From the IMG/VR virus record IMGVR_UViG_3300035429_000172, positions 2,905 to 66,904 of that record: a stretch of DNA of 64,000 nucleotides. The stretch is one strand, 5' to 3'. The notes under the pieces are model-generated. The model was not told the origin of the DNA. It searched no databases and worked only from the letters and a program-made list of their open reading frames with translations. This DNA is from a virus (taxonomy: Duplodnaviria > Caudoviricetes). Numbering within the stretch: position 1 is the first letter of the stretch; every line of letters starts with the position of its first letter. Positions 60,501-64,000 of the stretch are shown one piece after another. Made by a program: the position numbers and the translations under genes.

Positions 60501-60596
60501 CAATATCAAACTGTGTATGAGGGAGACAACCTTTACGGCCGTAAGCTTTATAATGGCTCTGGTCAATGGCATAAGTACACTAACACGCCGATTTAA
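57462..60596 (+). CDS. BppU-type baseplate / receptor-binding protein
   Basis: N-terminal BppU-like domain, long coiled coil, CBM-like region (YTLSF..LYFANLKLESG), repeated C-terminal knob-like units. Confidence 0.8.
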   Translation: MTQPTLQLNTNKNLASVKNITIRDSGNKEVLEAYFLNHEGQPYNLENKTVTFMENKDGDKFVSDPNVQIVNATAGFVRYTLQSQVHSASGIAWFEINDNSGLVDSTGNFNIRVENGLRATADNTTYIAALEKLKQQMEALIRQADGELKAELQKAEQQLNQELQNFRNQYGALSNDFQNQFKAAQNARQQDYNNQKNSINQDWTNNKNQIWGTWNGDKANIDRQAQDTINAIKDNAKQVLDKDQADWNAKQASWNDTFSRIVKEWQVKTNSLNSTVQDLTNKFNTIIGQVSDLMNNKLPTMNAKTDAVQAKVNELRASLGQIDWTTFARRTDNSGGVNLLPNTSTFRLFSTGHYGDSDAHNGISIDPKNQYSSDTNINLVKTKIAHVWGDKAKNAPLNIPGGVYLPAGTYTLSFLARTNGRDDSPVFHFGLYSDWTDNHGGAPLATSDAINNKWGRHQITFSIPESYYHVTLRIQQYDDAAIPGGSLYFANLKLESGSIATEWCQSYLDFDRLDGRHDPVDSPDFNALTNTGTYMITQPDHGHNYPVATWGILKVDNAHDSRIEQTYYEDANAAHIWHRQCIDGTWKPWKKLPNSDDVLSVSGGNMNKGSWINWDAHSAYNAHEGIIGGVMWNGASDNIKIFGDNNASDNLDLAIQLGDDNSNHISFRRADGNEVAAIDMNGNFTGWTNWAKVINTGINNPTLGRYISQSNTWNDIIGQDNGKNALAAIRDQSNGQGNTIGNFSSGIVFGGGDTKGMLNVAYDKPQARIIGGNGNGPVWHKDIAWKDDAKVQVVRDYNIETEQPGPRTIENANNPWLVDQVTLATFARAHRDVRNHTDFRYPTDQAWNTAINLNSDPYLDTGIYKIGNCAIINGPWSDVDTRRWLFLQVAKYDDNSIYQTINYGNGELYSRCVSKTTNSYPGWVQFATMERVAQNVSSVSGNLQAFIMDQLKVNKRVDYSSPTGTITNETVNFNDYRETGILKVVNCLIQNGPYRSDYRHTVFLKITNLDGQTQYQTVYEGDNLYGRKLYNGSGQWHKYTNTPI

Positions 60597-60650
60597 TATT
60601 TTTAGTCCTTAACCAAATGGTTAGGGATTTTTTTATGGAGGAATTTAATA

Positions 60651-61376
60651 ATGACAGAAGAAACTTCAAATGTACAAAACGTAACAGAAAATGTTCAACC
60701 AGTTGCTACACCAGCAACTAATACAGAAAAAGCACGCGCTGTAACAATGAAGACCTATTATTGGTCAACTGATGATGTGCCCTTTAGAGTAATGACATCA
60801 AATGATGAAATTACTGCTAATCAATATCCTTTAGTAGTAACTGCACCTGATCCAAGTCTAAAATCTCCAAAGTATGATTGGATGAAGAATGAATGGTATG
60901 ACATCAGTGAACAATCATATGGGCAACGCTTAACCGCTGTTGCTGAAAGCTTGAAGACCCTTGAGGGAAGCATTACTAGCCTGCAAGAAGCCCACAAGGA
61001 CACTGTGCAAAGTGCGGAAGCCAGCGATAAGGTTATGGATCAACTGCAAGCAACTGTACAACAAACTAACAGAATGGTTGCTAGTTTAAGTGCAATGATG
61101 GTTGCATTGGGTAAAAACTCTCAATCCAATAATGAAGTAGCAAAATAGGAGGCACAAAATATGAATTTACAAGCAATGATTGCAGAAGTTCAAAAAGAAC
61201 TAATTGAATCATGGAAGAACCAATATAATTGGGGATGGTTTGGCAAAAAAGAAGAGGCTAATAATACATTTCGTGGCTATGTTCAAGAGGGTATTCTTAG
61301 CAAAGAGGGTTACAAAGACATCACGGGTGAAGACTATGACCAAGCTGAAACAGTATCTAGTCAACCTCAAGCTTAA
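60651..61376 (+). CDS. Tail-associated small proteins (60651-61148 and XkdX-like 61161-61376)
   Basis: PKYDWMKNEW; GILSKEGYKDITGEDY. Confidence 0.65.
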
Positions 61377-61938
61377 TGATTTACAGGTTATTATTGCCTT
61401 AGCCATGATTGCCATTGGTGGATCTCTTTGGTATGACCGACATTATTTCTTTTGGCCGCCTAATTTGCAAAGTGCACTTAACGATTGGAGAATAGATATT
61501 TTTATTTTGCTAGTTGGCATAGTGCTGTTTTTTGTCACCGCTTTTAGACCTGACGATACCTTGTTAATTCGTACGCTTTTAGTAGTATGTGGAGGTATTG
61601 TATTAGGCTTAGCTTTCTTGCAATTAGGACACATTATCTTTACATCAGAATTCAGAATGGGACACACCGCCATTGGCGATGTAGTCCTTTTTCTTTTAAT
61701 CTTGCATGTAGCTCATAATCGCTAGGAGGTGTTTCGCTTGCATATAGATCTTATTATTGGCGCTCTTGGCTCATTGCTTGGTGTGCTAATAACCGCATAT
61801 AACGCATATCACAAAAACAAGCGAGATACTTTCCAAGATATTGTGACAGAGTTAAAAAGTGAACGTGACGATTACAAGAAACAGGTTAAGCATCTACAAG
61901 AAGAGAATGAAAAATTGAAAGAGGAATTACGAAAATGA
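61204..61938 (+). CDS. Lysis-module membrane proteins (multi-TM ORF ending 61725, start uncertain; 61729-61938)
   Basis: Hydrophobic segments; TM plus coiled coil. Confidence 0.6.
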
Positions 61939-62369
61939 GATTAGATATTAATTTGATTTGGGCAATTGTAGTTTTATCAGTAGCGGGAATGGCTACTGCT
62001 TACAGCTTGAATAAGCAGAAATTAGAAAAATTAAAGCTTACACATCCTAAGCTTGCGATAGTTTTAGAAACGGCGGGCGAATTAGCCTTAAAAGCTACTA
62101 CTTATCAAGCATCCCTTGATGATAAAGAAGGTGCAAAGAAACTGTATGATGCAACTGATGAAGTTTATAACCAATTAAAGAGATTATATCCTAATGTACC
62201 AATTGATCGTGATACGGTACGCAATTATGTACAACATGCTTACGATTTCGATATTAAAAACAGCCAACCTAAAGCGAATGTAAAACTAGATGGTAGCGAC
62301 CTTGCTAGCCACATGCAATCTGTTTTAGGTAGCACTAATGTTATTGCTGATTCAATTGATAAGAAATAA
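61935..62369 (+). CDS. Holin (LL-H-like)
   Basis: Single N-terminal TM, directly upstream of lysin. Confidence 0.75.
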   Translation: MRLDINLIWAIVVLSVAGMATAYSLNKQKLEKLKLTHPKLAIVLETAGELALKATTYQASLDDKEGAKKLYDATDEVYNQLKRLYPNVPIDRDTVRNYVQHAYDFDIKNSQPKANVKLDGSDLASHMQSVLGSTNVIADSIDKK

Positions 62370-62426
62370 TTATGTACACCTACAATCAATATATTTTTAA
62401 TTCGTTTAATAAAAGGAAGAGAAACA

Positions 62427-63383
62427 ATGGCAAGAGAAATATTCATAGATCTTTCAAGTTTCCAAAAAGATCTAACAGTAGACGATTACAAAAAGCTAGG
62501 AGTCAAGAAAGCTATCGTAAAGATTAGTGAAAGCACTAATTATGTAAATCCATATATCCATGATTTAGTTGATAAAGCAGCAGCTGGTGGTGTTAACGCT
62601 TTTGCATTCTACCATTTTGGTCGATTTACTAATGATTCACAAGCTGTCAATGAAGCAAAATACTTTATTGACAATTCTAAGGCTAAGATTAACGTAAAAC
62701 CGAAGACTTTAATGATTTTAGATGCTGAAATTAGTGGTATGCCTACAAGTTCAGTAATTGTCTTTTTAAAAGCCTTACGAGATGCAGGCTTTAAGACTGG
62801 ATTCTACACCGGAAAGAACTTATTAACTAGTTTTGACTTAGAAGCAATAAAGCCATACATGGATTTCTTCTGGTTAGCATCATATCCAACAGTTGCACCA
62901 GCAGATAAGAATCCTGATTTTAATTACTTCCCATCTGCTAAATACGTAGATGCATGGCAATATACAGATAATTTGCTTGGAATGAAGGTGGACGGATCAA
63001 TTACTGTAACTGATAACGGTAAGGATGTTTTTAATGCTAACAATTCATCCCAATCTAGTGAAAATAAACCTTTAGCACAACCTAGCAAGCCCGCTACAAA
63101 TCCTACTCCTGCTCAACCTAAAACTTGGGTAGACGCACAAGGCGATAAATGGGTAGAAGAACATGGTACTTTTATCTCAAATACCTACATCAATTTGAGA
63201 TGGGGTGCTAAAACAATTAGTTCAGTTGCAACTACTATTGGACCAGGTACGGAAATTAAGTATGATGCATATTCAAACCACGATGGCTATGTGTGGTTAC
63301 GTCAACCACGGTCTGGTGGCGGATACTTGTATTTGGTCGGTAGAAATGCTTATACCAATGAACCTTGGGGTACTTTTAAATAG
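62427..63383 (+). CDS. Endolysin, GH25 muramidase plus SH3 domain
   Basis: IDLSSFQ, KISESTNYVNP, ILDAE, WQYTD; INLRWGA..YDAY..GYVWLRQ. Confidence 0.95.
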   Translation: MAREIFIDLSSFQKDLTVDDYKKLGVKKAIVKISESTNYVNPYIHDLVDKAAAGGVNAFAFYHFGRFTNDSQAVNEAKYFIDNSKAKINVKPKTLMILDAEISGMPTSSVIVFLKALRDAGFKTGFYTGKNLLTSFDLEAIKPYMDFFWLASYPTVAPADKNPDFNYFPSAKYVDAWQYTDNLLGMKVDGSITVTDNGKDVFNANNSSQSSENKPLAQPSKPATNPTPAQPKTWVDAQGDKWVEEHGTFISNTYINLRWGAKTISSVATTIGPGTEIKYDAYSNHDGYVWLRQPRSGGGYLYLVGRNAYTNEPWGTFK

Positions 63384-63483
63384 TTATGATATAATTATAG
63401 AAAGAAAAGTGCTAAGGAATTCTACGTGAACTTAGTGCGCATGTTTTAGTTGTAGGCTAGAACATGTAAAAATCCTACAAATT

Positions 63484-63530
63484 AAAAGAGCCACTTTAGG
63501 GAGTTAATTCTCTAAGGTGGCTCTTTTTTT
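63484..63530. terminator. Bidirectional intrinsic terminator
   Basis: AAAAGAGCCACTTTAG/CTAAGGTGGCTCTTTT. Confidence 0.9.
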
Positions 63531-63681
63531 GTGTTATAAATTATAGTAGGTGAGTTGATATGTATGATTTATTATAATATTAACATTGACTTTAAAGCTG
63601 GACTATTTTATATCTTTGTATTATAGTTTTTGTTCCAATGGATAATAAAGGGAAAGATAAAGTAAAAGTAAGTTTTTAAAG

Positions 63682-63790
63682 TTGGCGCACATTTGGCACA
63701 CAAGTATTTTTAGAAACACTATAAAAGCCGCTATAATAATGAATTTTATAGTTATATAAAACGTAAGTCCGGTTCCCGCAAAGGAACCGT
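63682..63790. other. attR-like junction
   Basis: Direct repeats TTGGCGCACA (63682) and TTGGCACACA (63693) resemble integrase arm sites; GGTTCC/GGAACC inverted repeat at the point where dprA similarity begins. Confidence 0.55.
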
Positions 63791-64000
63791 ATACTTGCGG
63801 GCTTAAGTAAAAATATTATTGTGACTGAAGCTAGAAAAAGATCGGGCTCCTTAATTACTGCAAATATTGCTTTAGAAGAAAATCGCAATATTTTTGCAGT
63901 TCCGGGACCAGTCTCAAGTCCCTTGTCAGAAGGCCCTAATGAGCTAATTGCCGCTGGTGCTTATCCATTGGTTAATGCTGATTTTAAAAATTTGCTTTAG
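63770..64000 (+). pseudogene. dprA: 3' fragment of host DNA-processing protein DprA
   Basis: RFPQRNRILAGLSKNIIVTEARKRSGSLITANIALEENRNIFAVPGP...; in-frame TAA at 63764-63766 and no start before the homology. Confidence 0.9.

Larger units (their letters stand above)
1..63769 (+). mobile_element. Temperate siphovirus prophage (left end with integrase outside window)
   Basis: Canonical module order: repressor/cro, replication, HNH-terS-terL-portal-protease-capsid, tail, holin-lysin, then an att-like junction and a host gene fragment. Confidence 0.97.

Noticed and set aside
57462-60596. Diversity-generating retroelement acting on the RBP
   Set aside because: No reverse transcriptase in the window and no TR/VR pair differing at adenines was seen
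3338-63429. Many short minus-strand or out-of-frame ORFs in the track (e.g. 3338-3670, 7711-7959, 27670-27861, those inside TMP and RBP)
   Set aside because: Shadow ORFs of clearly real genes, without RBS or motifs
63676-63888. Minus-strand ORF at the right end
   Set aside because: Antisense to the dprA fragment and att region

Overview
Almost the whole window (1 to about 63,769) is one AT-rich temperate siphovirus prophage. The host is most likely a Lactobacillus sensu stricto. It runs from the CI/Cro switch (the integrase lies left of the window) through replication, a long accessory early region, packaging, head, tail and lysis genes to an attR-like junction. Directly after the junction is a start-less 3' fragment of host dprA, so the phage appears to be inserted inside dprA. 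Five things stand out. (1) At 31.6-35.0 kb there is a tandem array of homologous small-gene cassettes. They share a sigma-A promoter overlapping a 16-18 bp palindrome, a structured leader, a 30-49 aa hydrophobic peptide (three of four units), a conserved GGG(T/C)(A/G)AG..CTTGCCC hairpin (same three units), and a downstream small basic or membrane protein. In two units the hairpin's 3' arm can instead pair with the peptide's ribosome-binding site, and antisense promoter/terminator signals are present. (2) At 23.4-25.4 kb there is a 2 kb non-coding operon with tRNA-Tyr, an atypical tRNA-Phe, a degenerate tRNA, four tRNA top-half mimics and a ~560 nt ROOL-like RNA bracketed closely by two of the mimics. 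(3) A trifunctional kinase/phosphoesterase/RNA ligase (RNA repair) and two Tad2/DUF2829-like genes suggest counter-defence. (4) A group I intron carrying a GIY-YIG endonuclease interrupts terL. (5) Two predicted -1 frameshifts extend the capsid protein and the tail chaperone. Several point lesions suggest early decay or sequencing error. Family names come from motif recognition by eye, not database searches.
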